DNA from: Basidiobolus meristosporus CBS 931.73
Lineage: Eukaryota; Fungi; Basidiobolomycota
NCBI GenBank assembly: GCA_002104905.1
Contig: MCFE01000353.1
Span: 1-64,000 of the forward strand
Reading direction: 5' to 3'
DNA length: 64,000 nt
Made by a program: the position numbers and the translations under genes. Below, one piece after another: positions 7,136-19,358 of this stretch. Positions within the stretch are counted from its first letter, which is position 1. Each line of letters opens with the position of its first letter. Under the pieces are notes generated by a model, which saw nothing but the letters and a program-made list of their open reading frames with translations, was not told where the DNA came from and did not search any database.

Positions 7136-9658
7136 AGTTAGAGAGGACAGTTTACACAAGGCTCGTATTCTTGGGACAGAGGCCTTTTATAATGGAATTG
7201 ATGAGAATGTAGATTACTCAGCATCAAGCTGGATTCTCCGCAGTAACGCAACCCTAAGCTGATTTATCACCAGTAGCACATATAGCTGCCATAGTGGTAT
7301 TTCATCAGGCATTCTTGATGAAACACCAGTGGAAAGTCTTTTACGGATTCAAGAGCATCATTTGCCGATCCGAATCAGCCTAATTTGGTGAAAAGGTAGT
7401 GGCATTTAAGAGTCGATAAGAAAAATGCTTGACATTAGAAGCATCTGCAACGCAATGCAATACAATAGGTGAAAAGTAAATGCTTTCTCATTCCTTCTTA
7501 GTCCAGCAACTAGTTCAATATAACAAGTATTCCACAGATTTAGCCCCAATGAAACCCGCTAATCTGGTTTTCCGTATGACGTAAAAGATGGCTGAGCGTC
7601 CGGGTGGGGTGATACGCTACTGATGTATTTTTGGCACAACAGAAACCCCGGTTGACTACTGCGGCAATTTATAGTGATCAGAATTCAGCTAAATGCTGCT
7701 TTTGATTTCAGTGGCACGCTGAACCCAGATATGTTGAACCCCTGGCTACGAATGCGTTGTTTTGGCTTCACCTGCATTATTATTGAATGGCCTCGTTTTT
7801 ATCAACACATCACTATCTGTCAATCACTTCAAAATTCACAAATTTCACCAACATCTGAAACAGTACTGGGAACAATTTACTCCAGTAATACTCAGTAATA
7901 GCTACTCCATTGTTTCCGGAGTAGTTGTCGACTATGATTCAGTTCATTGGCCCAGTTCTACCAACAATCAGTAGATATCAGTGCTCTTTTCAGTTTTGTT
8001 ATTGCATCCAGCTCAAGGCAGTGGAATAATCTTCCCGACCCAGTGATACTAGGATGGAATTGGCATCAGCGTTCGATGGAAGCACCACGTTTTGGCTACA
8101 GTGATCTAAGAATGACGGTAACTATGAGCAATAGTGTTCAAATTGTATATCGCCTTCAGATTACAGATTTTTGACTCTACTATATGCTGAGGAAAGTCAT
8201 CTCGGCCATGTGGGAAGGTCCTCATCGACCGGCACTGGGAGTGGTGCTACTGGAAGTGCAGTTTTTGATAAATACTGGATCCTCTACACCGTATTTATCC
8301 CTCCAATACAGCACTAAGCACGTCCCATTGAACCGGCTCATATAAGCTAGACTGCATAGGCCTTCGACTCTGCTCTCAAGAACTCTGGAGGGATGTACAA
8401 ATGGTCTGTTACACTTTTCTTAATAAATCATCTTGGATCACTATTTTAGAAATGCACTGCCTCAACATTTGATCCCTGCCTCGCTATTTACATCTTGAAG
8501 GCAGAAATAATTTCAAGAACCCACTCAAAGGCTGTAACATTTATTCCACTACTGCGTAGAGGAGCCTCATTCAATGAAATGCTTCATGCTGGCCTAATTA
8601 TTGAAAAGGTTAGCTTCTGCTTGACTAGCTTCATTATTTGAAGCCTAAACCTAACCCTGGTTAGCTTTGGTGCAAATTAGGATATGACATTCCCGATGAC
8701 ATTTACTTCTCCCATCCTGGATTTGTAGCCTAAATTGTTGAAAAAGCGAAATTTCAAACCTCAGGTATTCTCATTCACGACTACACTCCATCTAACTGAC
8801 TAACCGCAGTATGTGTGCCTGTGGGAACAATGAATCATCGTTAGATGTAATGACGGTACAACACACACCTTGGATATTTGGGAAACGAACAAGACATCTA
8901 CTGTTGAGACAGGGACCAATTAAATCGTTACAGATGGGTAGTTCAAAGTACCGTCGATGTAGCGTTTTTAGAAGTGGCGCCAATGTAACAAATTTGATGA
9001 TTTGTAGCCAGATCAAGTGTGCGTGCCTCTATTTCCTAAAAGATGATTCCCAACCAACTTGGAAGTACTTGTTGGAATTGTAGCCACGAAGGTACAAGGT
9101 GGTGCATTTGGTAATATTGCTAGCTAAATCGTATTGTCAAGTACTTCCTGAATGGAGATTCTGCACCATAGCGCTCCAGTCCTACAAATTTTCAAGCCAG
9201 GAATCCAACCACCGATTTACATATATATGCATCACCGTTACTGCTCTTGGGCATCCAATAAACTATATTCCGATAATTTCCATTTGTGTTAGTAAGGCAT
9301 TATGGTAAGAATTTCCAGTGTATGTATCTGATTCCTAATACATCATGTTTGCACGAAGTGGAAAGCTATCAGTGAGCCTTGACAATTGCGTACTGCTTAC
9401 TCATGGTCTCTATAAGTTTTGGACTCTATTCTGAAGATGTTGGAAATTATCGCTAGCCACTCACATATTATGGGCTTAATCTCGAACTTGAGGCCAGAGT
9501 CTGCACGCTTTGATATTGCTTTATTTGATGGCGTTGCTAAAGACATTAAGATTCGAGATTTCTATTTGTCAATAGGGAAAATAAAAGTAGTGTAAGTTAT
9601 CCCACTCGGGCCTTAAATAAGTATAAATGCAGCTCCCCAGTCTGGGAGAAATTCAAGA

Positions 9659-10648
9659 ATGTTTTCCATTGCTGATACCTCCAGCGTACTGTCACATCCA
9701 GCATTTAGCTATACTGTGAGTGATATACCTTCCATCAACCTGGCGCCCTCAAAATTGCAAGCTTGGGTTTATTACGGAGCACCTGCTCAGAATGCATCAG
9801 ATGTTTACAAGAATAATGCTATAGATGTATTACGAGTGCAGTATTTCAACCTACTGGACAACGGGGATTTAAAACTCATCAAAGAAGATCGTAGTGATTT
9901 GTTTAGCACAAAGAACGCCTATTCCCAAGAAAATGTGCGTGAGCTCAAGCAGTATTCTCAAGAACAACTTATCACAGTGTCAGGGCATGTGACCGGAATG
10001 AGAGCTACTAACTATACGCAGATAGTCAGAACACTTGTGGACTTCGTGAAAGAACATAACATGACTGGCATTGACATAGACTTCGAGAGCTTTAACAAAT
10101 GGACCGCGCGTGACTACACAAAATACAAGGATTTCATTCAAGCACTTGGAACTGAGTTAAACCAAGCTCAGAGGAAGTTAGCGATCTGCGGCCCAATGTG
10201 GACATCTAAGGAATCGCCGTTTCAATGGAAATATGAAGATTTTAAAAGCTTACCTGTCAATTACGTTACCCCTATGGTATATGACTATCAATGGGACTAT
10301 GGTGGTGGCTCACCAATCACTCCTCTAGGCTGGCTGAAGACCTGGACGGAAACCATGCTTAAAATTTTCGGGAAAAACCGCCTAGTAATTGGGATCCCAT
10401 CATATGGATATTTGGCAACTAAAGGGAAATATGATATCAAGAACTTGACGTTGCAGCAAATCAAGAGCCAGAATGGCTACAAGGATGGAAAGCGGGATCC
10501 CTCATCTGGCGAAGTAATCAAAACTGTCGGGAATAAAGTCTATGTCAGCAATGATCGAGAGTCGATGGTTACTAAAAGAAAACTCGTTGAAAGCCTGGGG
10601 GTCAGCCAAATTTCGGTCTGGCATCTTGGTGGAAACGATTGGTTTTAG
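9659..10648 (+). CDS. Glycoside hydrolase family 18 (chitinase-like), intronless
   Basis: GIDIDFE catalytic motif, MVYD, LVIGIPSYGY, C-terminal SVWHLG; TATA-like TATAAA at ~9622. Confidence 0.85.
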   Translation: MFSIADTSSVLSHPAFSYTVSDIPSINLAPSKLQAWVYYGAPAQNASDVYKNNAIDVLRVQYFNLLDNGDLKLIKEDRSDLFSTKNAYSQENVRELKQYSQEQLITVSGHVTGMRATNYTQIVRTLVDFVKEHNMTGIDIDFESFNKWTARDYTKYKDFIQALGTELNQAQRKLAICGPMWTSKESPFQWKYEDFKSLPVNYVTPMVYDYQWDYGGGSPITPLGWLKTWTETMLKIFGKNRLVIGIPSYGYLATKGKYDIKNLTLQQIKSQNGYKDGKRDPSSGEVIKTVGNKVYVSNDRESMVTKRKLVESLGVSQISVWHLGGNDWF

Positions 10649-13600
10649 GCCCTTCTACTTCTCAAGTATCAAATCACCCACACTTCCAGTCGCTATGCTC
10701 TAATAAGTTCGCATTTCCTATCATATTCACTCTGTGATGCTAGTGTAAGAAAATCCCTCAACCAGGACTGGGGCACATCTGTGCCAATATGGGAATCAAT
10801 AAATGCAAATCAGGCGAGTCATACGAGGAGGATCTGACTCCAGTCAAATATGGGAATATGTCTAAGAATGCGACAGTTTAATGGTTATCTCTCTGGCACA
10901 ACTTTCCCGGTTTGATACAAAACCGAGTTGCATGGAAAATAGGTTCTTTAGACGTAAGCTAGTTGTTATTGTGTAATAATATTGGAATTTTTACGAAATA
11001 TTAGTCGCCGGTTGGTTTCATATGATATAAATATATATGTTGGGTGGCAATGCTACAGCAGAATCGCCACTTATTTCGAGTTTCTCTCAACCACTCGATT
11101 CGATTACTCTATGAATCTGAGCGTAATTGATGAGAATAGTTACCCTAATCTGTGATCAATTCCAATTGGCTGGCGTTTCCATTTAGGGACCTTTGCTCGG
11201 GAGTTATCATTAGTCCGCGGTAAAAAACCTAAATCGGTTTACAGTTTCCATATTCACAAACCTTAGGGGGTGGATATAAAATGATATGGCTTTATATTCA
11301 ATATATGTACATGATTTTGCATGCGAAATAGCTATACATCAGATTGTTTAGCCGCTCAACGTCTGCCATTATATAGCTACTCGCTGCCTATCCTTCTACT
11401 GGTGAATATAGCTATTGTGAGAACCGAATCTCGAATCGCAGCCTGCGCTGGCTCTATACCAAGAGCCAATTCAGCTTTATATTATATCTATTCCAACTGA
11501 GTTCAAAAAAAACTGAACACCTATGTTCGTCAGATATAAATCTATAGCACTATCCAAACATACCTCGACCTCAAGCACTGGCACCATATATCGGAGGTCT
11601 ATTTGGTATAGGAGAGCCACATATGCACTACCACTGATACAAGCCCAAAGAACTATACCAACCTGCCTAAGTTAGTGAGAAGAAGCGTGCCCGCAAATAT
11701 ATGTACCCGATAACTACCTCGTATTCGTACATTATTAGTATTCATGGGCACCACCCTGAGCCATCATGCGCAGATGCCGGCACTTTAATAACACCTGAAA
11801 TAATACCAGGACTCTAGTGTCATAAGGAGTTATAGAAATGATAGGGCAAATTTTTACACATACGATGTTGAAAGCAGTGGCAGCCTAGCTTAAAGATAAG
11901 CATGATGTCATTAGATGCCACGAGGGTAAGCTTGTCGAGAAGTCCATCGTACGAAAATGGCAATAAAACAAATATTTAACTGATGTGGCTGCTCAGTGCA
12001 CAATTCCCTTTTCATAGGAGCATTCTGAACCAAAAGCCAGTCTTGAACAGCCCCAACCTATCAAAAGATGTGATATTTACACTTCGTTTACCTACTTTCT
12101 CCCAAGTGCCAGAGCTCAACAAGTATTGAGCAGAAGCTAATGCTGCCTCTTTGAATTAGAATCTTTAGTCAGACTGGGACTATCTGACAAGACTGCCCAT
12201 TGGCTTGGTGTATAACAAATATGCACTTGCTAGTTTTTGATGATTGCTCTCCGAAGCATATCTAATAGTATCCTGATGTGGATACGGGTTCTAGATTGGA
12301 CGAAGCTGGGCTAGACCTTGAAAGCAGACACGAGGTACCTGAATATATCTACTTTCCGATTAACGCCTCTGGAGCAAGCTACCTAGCACGCACTTTGAGA
12401 GAGATCTAATAAGCAATGCCTCGCGCCCACTTCCATATTCTTATGTATCGCCAAATGTATTATTCCCTTAATTATCACCTATTCGCTATTAATAATGCTC
12501 AATTAAACCAATGCCATATACAATCGGACGAGGACTTGGTTACAAAGGCAGTTTGTGCATCCTGATTTCAAATTGATATCAGAGAATCGATTAATGCCCA
12601 AATCTTGGTACGAATTTTCCATTCATATGAAGTTCAGCCTGGAACACAACTATTCCAGTGAGGCTTGATGGTGAAACACTCTGTTATCTGCACAGTTAAC
12701 TTCCCATTACCTTACTTCCAAAGAATTGGCGACCATCATCAGTTGTGACTTCTACAAGTCGTGATCATTCACTTTTTCGCAGTTGCTTGGCTCCATATTG
12801 ACACATCAGACGTATAGTATATTCCGCTATGCTTCTGACCGTGCTAAATTGCCAATTATCCAGAATTGAGACTGACTTATGCGATCAAAGCAAACCTGGA
12901 ATATCTTCGCTTACCACAGACTACCACGGAAAGTCAGATATAAATTGAGCCCTGCACAGGAATGATGTGATGTGGGGCACTCTGTTGCATCTAAAATATG
13001 AATCTATGTTGATGCCACTATAGTGTTGGATCATAGGTCGGATTGGTTGTCTGTTGCTGACTACTTCCAATATAATCACGGAGTGACTACTGATCCATTC
13101 CGCTATATATGGGGATTAGGAGTATTCAATGCCTGTGAATCAAACAATATTTTCTAGCGGTATATATGAAATACTTTCGAATGTAATGCATATCATGACC
13201 ACAATTCTACTGACAGTAATCTGGAATCTTGGAAGATTGTGCCCACTGCCTTAATTTCCGATGGTCTAAATACACCTCCGAAAAAAGACAAGTAAATGTG
13301 TGTAGTATCATATACAGTGTCAATTCACAATCAATAAACTGACATCACTAATTGAATTGGGTCCAATTGGTAATGTTATTGGTGTAAAAAGTAATACTAC
13401 AATATGTCTACTATTGTGAAAACTCCTCTGTAATTAGAAAAATGCCACACATATGACCATCTATATGAGTGATAATCCATGAAAGGAGAACGCCACACTC
13501 ATCATTTACAATTAAATTGAATATGGATATGATGTGTTCACCTGTAGCATGACAAGTTGCCACACTTTGCCCCTAAAACAAGCTGAACTGGGAGCATGGA

Positions 13601-14578
13601 AGTGAATGGAATTTTTGTCAGAGTATGTCTTTCACTTGGTTTATTGAGTTGGTCGAGTATTAACGCCTTTGGCCGAACTTTGTGGTATATGATGAGAAAT
13701 AACATGAGATGACGAACGCAAAATCTAGGTGCTTCAGGACGCATTTGAACAATCCTCAACTTTGGTATGCTTCCACAACTCCAAGTAATCAGTCAGGCAT
13801 CACCCAAAATCAAAGTTGGTTATCAAATCTAGTGTAGCTAATGAAGAATTGGTTGGTATTTGTAGCAGTTCAATAGGGCTTTATGTGCAGCTTCTTCTAT
13901 GATGTTTCAGATAAAGCCAACGGGCATTGCTTGCATATTTTGTAACAACCTCGCCAATGCAATGTATTCATACCTGATAGAATGTATTAGCCCACTTTCT
14001 GCTAAGGGTATTTAAAGACTATTACCGGTGTTGGTAAAACTTGTATTGTAATGTCCAAATCATGCAAACCTTTGATCATTCAGAAATGAGATGATTGGGG
14101 GCTAAATTAAAGTAAAATACTAAATGAAACATATAGGCTCCTCCACTCACCAGTTAGGCAAAAATAGGGTAACCAGTGGTTATCTCCCAAGCTTTGGGTG
14201 ATGCTGTAAGTTTTATTTGGTTTGAGTTGTATAAAAACTACAGCTCAGAAATATAGGGCCTGGTCGCCGTGTTGTAGCAGATTATTCCTGGCAAGTAATC
14301 CTTTCATAAAATATAGTATATTGTAGTGCAACTATAGTGAGAATTTTCCTCTCTTGACAATTTTTGCTTATACTAGCGCCTTCATTGACCTGCTGATAAT
14401 ACATATATATGTTTGCTGAGGTCTTGGGTATAGTTTTCTTATTCTTACACACGTTGACTCTATAAATCATTACTGCAAGAATAAAAAATGAGTCAGGCAT
14501 TAAAATGAGTGAATAGGGATAAATGGAATAGTATTCCTGGTATGCGGCTTATTCCCAATTGCACATGATCAAACATCA

Positions 14579-15094
14579 CTAGCTTGAGCTTGAAGTCATG
14601 GGGTTGGAGTAGACTTCACCAAAGCTATTCTCGCTGCTGAACTTCCTCAACGACTTCAGAAAGAATTTTGTGGGCGACTTTTTCGGACAATGCGTTCATT
14701 GACTTGCTTCCCAGAATATCTAGATTATTGAGATGGTTATCAGAGGAGCGTAATCAGAATATCACTTGAGTAGGAAACATACCAAAGAGAGGGATATCCA
14801 CCGTCAATTCTAACAATCGAGAAGAAATTAGTCGTTCAATAGCCGAGACGAATATCTCTGTATTGCCTCTATAAAACCAGTTACGAATTTCAACTGCGAT
14901 CAATGAGTCAAGGCCATACTTTGATGTTGGTTGCACAGCATCAAGCTCCCGACCGGAACAGCTAATATAATTGATAACTTCGTCAAAAAGGATTGTGCTA
15001 TTACCGCTGTAACTTCCAGCTTGTCACGACATACATTAACTCGATCCTTGAGGGGGCATGTCTCAGTGGCTTCAAGAAAGACGTAGCGATTCAC
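14579..15094 (-). pseudogene. Relic 3' end of a reducing type I PKS (acyl-carrier domain)
   Basis: FLTKLSIILAVPVGS(frameshift)DAVQPTSKYGLDSLIAVEIRNWFYR|ELTVDIPLF|DILGSKSMNALSEKVA; introns at 14810-14866 (GC donor) and 14720-14782 (GT-AG). Confidence 0.75.
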
Positions 15095-16162
15095 CCCGTA
15101 TTGCTACGGTAGGTAGAATGCGACCAAAATTTGGGTTGCTAGTGTAGGTTTGGCCCTGATTCTTAGTAGGTTGGGATGTGATGCCTCCCATGAGTGCTGG
15201 CAAACATGCAGGTTTATGTAGTGGTGGTTATGTTACTTAGGATTCATTTCTTGATATTTTTTCTCGAGCAAGGATTCCTATATGTACCACTATTCCCCTC
15301 CTCCTCCCTTCCACAGCATCCAGGCCAACTCCTCTCCATCCCCAATAGCTGACCTAATGATCAATTGGCATACTGATATCCTTCCCACCAGCACTGTACT
15401 TCTGAACAATCGAAAACGATCGAAGCCAATGTTGACTGGATGCCGATTTCGGAGTCGCCCGGGGTACATCGGATGACCCGATCATTCTGAGGCGAAAGCC
15501 CAGGTGAGTGACTAGCCCAATCAATCCGGTTTTTCCGAAACCAAGGTGATCCCCAACCTCAACCAAGCGATGTGCTCTCGAGGTATTGGGGTTGCTGACG
15601 AGATGGTTTCAGTGGGACAGGCTCTACGCCAGCACTTGTTAGTAAGAGACCCACTGGGGTGGAGGTTTTTTACCGGATTTACTTGGAGATTAGATAGATT
15701 CTATTTGGTATCGTCAACGTACTTGTACAGAGAGGTAAAGAGGTAGGGCTGCTCTGGTGACACACAGATATCAAAAGGCTCAAGGACTGACGGGATGGGA
15801 AGGGTACGAGGTTGGAGTGATGCTGTCGTTCGCAGCGAAGGGGTGAGTGTGTCCCCGAAGGGGCCAAATAGATAAACTAGGGAGTGCAGTTAACGTGAAC
15901 CTCTTTAAAGATGGAATCACCCGCACGTAATTGTTAGAGTCGGTGCTTGCACAAAGTGATTAATAGAATAATGAACCGGACAGGGATGGTGCTAGGTTCA
16001 CACCGGAGTCCATCCTCCGATTCGGGTGATATTCAACTGGAGAAGATAAGAGCGCCCTTGTGTTATAGGGGTTTCGGATCAATTTTACTTATTCAATAAG
16101 AAAATGTTGGTCAAAGGATGTGATTGCTGGTAATAGTATGTGGGATGTTGCTCCTCTCAATA

Positions 16163-17850
16163 TCAACCATAGTGATCCTGTTCAGAACTCACTTCGTGCA
16201 GAGTAGATAGCGGCTTGATCGCTTCATCGAGTCGCTTCTTCCTTTCTAATAGATGGGTGTGATCCAGCGAGAAGGATCTTCGATTAGCCCGATAAACATT
16301 CTCAACGTTTAAGAAATACGGCTTCTCTTCCTTCTCTTCCTCACAGTCAGCCTCGGTTATGGCAGGCGGCACATGAACCAGTCTAGACGCGGAATACTCT
16401 CCCGGCTCTTCGGTCAGCTCAACGGCGCTGCTAAGATAATGTCTCCTTGGCTTTCCTTGGATATCTGTTGAGTGCCGTCTCAACACAGATGGCAAGGAGG
16501 GGAGGTCCGGTATATCCAGAGTGCCCGCAGGAACACTTAATCTACTGAGGTTGCTCTTGGACGTCAGAAGTCGATGTGGAGACTTCATGCTATCTAGGCT
16601 TAACCAGCGCGCCCGATTCTCACACAAGTTATCCAAAAGTGGCTGCACCTCCGAACTGAAATCAGCCAGCACCTCAAAGAAAGGTTTGACAACAAAATCC
16701 CCGAATTTGAGACTGATGTCAGTTTGATTCGAATGCTCCCGATCCATGTTCGGCGACACAGGTAGATTGTTCAACTTCTCCATATCTCCTTGGAAAAAGA
16801 ACTCGTCCAATATAACGTCCGACCATCGTTTGCACAATTCCCACGGACGTATTGTGTTACTTATATCTGCAGCATGTAGTAAAACATTGCAAATGATCTG
16901 GCGGTGCTCTGACTGAGGAAGTGGGGAACTCTCGGATGAGGGGCCTTTCACTTGCACTGACCCTTCGTCCAACGGGAGCTCGTCATTTATCGGGGAGATG
17001 GTCAGAATATCGACCACCGTGGTGAATTGCTCAATGAGTCCGAAATGCACCGACATATCAGTGGACAATATACACTTGACGATGGCATTTTGGACGTACG
17101 CGCCATGAGAAGTTTCCCGGATGTCGAGACTGCTCTTGGTCCGGACTGATCTAAGCAGGCGGTGCTTTTCCAGCAACTTCACAGTCTCTTCAGCGGAGTA
17201 TTTCTCCAGGACGGACTCGTTGTTGTACCGGCGGGCAAGTGCGTTGTTGGAGTTCACCTGATAAAGATTATTCAGTCCTGGCTGGGGATTTCAAAGAATG
17301 GTCAGCAGGGGTGTAGGGAAGTGGCGAAATGCCAGGAAAACTTACATGGCCTATGTCATGGCATAAAGCGCTAATCAATAGCGCAACCACGTCCAGATCA
17401 ATCAGATAGCCCTGGACATGAGAGTAGTTTACCAGGTTGTAGGTCATGATGAACACATCAGCAGCGTGGAGAAACGAATGGTATGGCGTACTAATGTAGC
17501 CGCGATCAATATCCATAACGAAATCCAATAGCTGAGATTGCGAGATATTCAGTACTGCTAACAGATTTAATTGGGCAAATACTCCGACGACTATTCCATA
17601 CAGCTCTGGTCGAGTCCACTGCCATACGTCGAAGTCGATACCGAGACCACCCAGCTTCCCGTGAGAGACTCTACGGATAATCTATCAGAAATATTAGCTA
17701 CTTGTTGGTCAGAGAGAGCGACAGCCGGGCCTTTGCTTAGTATCCCCACACAGCAGTCAGTGGAGAAAAGGCGAACAAGGTTGGGCTACTTACGTGCTCA
17801 GTCTTGATCAAATCCTCCGAGGTCAATTGGTTTCTCTTTAAGAGTAGCAT
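16163..17850 (-). CDS. Class I 3',5'-cyclic nucleotide phosphodiesterase (start codon uncertain)
   Basis: YHSFLHAADV, HDIGH|PG, LHAADISN and EFFFQGDME across spliced exons. Confidence 0.88.
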
Positions 17851-19358
17851 AGTGTTGCTTCTGGAATTGGGTTCGAATGACGAACAGATAGTTCAGGATA
17901 TTGTATATATTTGTTTAGCAGCCAACTATTGTGAGCAAGGATAGACACACCAGTTGCATCTAGGTAAAGGGTAATGACAGGAATAGCGGGTTGGAGAGTT
18001 TTATTGTGGTATGCTCGCTCCAAGTTGAAGAGGGTAGAGATATAAGAGGATGCGAGGTGAGGTGGATGGATGTTAAAAGTAGTAGGCGGCCGCCTGCTCC
18101 AAGGTTAGGAAAAATAAATGAGATCCCAACAATCAGAAACAACCACCAGATCCAAGGCCAGCAATTGGACGCAAGAGCTGCACATGAACGATATGATGGT
18201 ACAGGAAACCCTCAGCGTTCCTCTTGTGCCATTGAAAACCAAAGGCTAATCTAATGTTTGGATCAACATCGTCGAGTGTGGCTCTGTACAAATATATCCT
18301 ATGCTATTCACATGCCGGAGATAAAGGATTCGTGAATGAACATTGGGCCGCATCCTGTACGAGACCTGAGATCGTCACAGGATATCTATTGATCATGTAT
18401 TCAGCTCGATACTACGCAGCACAGAGAGCTGGATCACCTCCAGTAAACTCCGCGATCAAGGTGTGGGTCTAGTAGACCGCGTGATCGGAATGGCTCATGT
18501 GCCGCATTGAGAACAGTCCAATGTAGAGATCGAGATCATATGCCCGAAAGACCGCGAATAGAGGATTAAGACAAATCAGGCCGAAATCCTATGGAGGGAC
18601 CAGTTACTGGCTGTACCATCCGGACTCTGAGACAAGGCTACTATCGATGAATAGGCGAGGTAATAACGGATGTGGCACAAGTTACAAACAAATGATCGTT
18701 GGGGCGTCCCCCGACCCCTGCTCTGCTCCCGGTTGTGGGACATTGGAGTGTTGGAGAGGTTGATCTAGAAACCCAGAGGCTGTCGCTGCTTTGGAATTGG
18801 AAAGATGGCTCGCTTGACGCATTTCAACCAGCCTCGCTGTATTTTGCCACTTGTGTTTCACACGAAACCCTTTCCCTTTAGGGCCTGTCCTACGAAGATG
18901 ATCCCAACAAGCCACCTCCTACTTGATTGCCTTCTATGTGGCTGAACCAGTTCCAAGCACCAGTGGGCTAAGGTCAACTCGCAACCGGTTGTTGCAGAGA
19001 TATGTGGCATTTGCGAGCAATTGCACTACCTCGGGTGTGGTACTGATTCAAATGTATTGTTCACGTGCGCGTTTATGTTGTTTACTTATTCAGTAAATGA
19101 TCTTCAGATGTGGCAGTGGGATATATTGGGTAGTGCTGGAATTAGAAGGGAATAATAATAATCTTGTGGGCAGTAAGTTCAGGCCAATCCCTGTCTACCA
19201 TTGAGAAATGAGATAATGAGGCGTTTCTTGGGCTGGAGTGTGTAGATGTAGAATGAGCAATGAAATATACATGTGTAGAGCAGAGGAACAGCTCTATAGT
19301 TCAGTGTAGAGCAAGAGTGCATTGTGGTAAGCAATAAAGATGGTGTCTTCGGGCATAG

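Noticed and set aside
7600-9400. Short ORFs between GST and GH18
   Set aside because: No motifs or splice-consistent model; a stop-interrupted minus-strand frame at ~8790-9230 could be a relic but cannot be supported.
12715-12800. Sm/LSm-like peptide RLVEVTTDDGRQFFG on the minus strand
   Set aside because: Preceded by an in-frame stop, and no matching Sm2 segment follows; likely chance or an unrecognisable relic.
15420-15560. Structured ncRNA or hammerhead (GGC-GAAA-GCC and other small stems)
   Set aside because: No CUGANGA/GAAA core arrangement and no recognisable snRNA, SRP or RNase P motifs.
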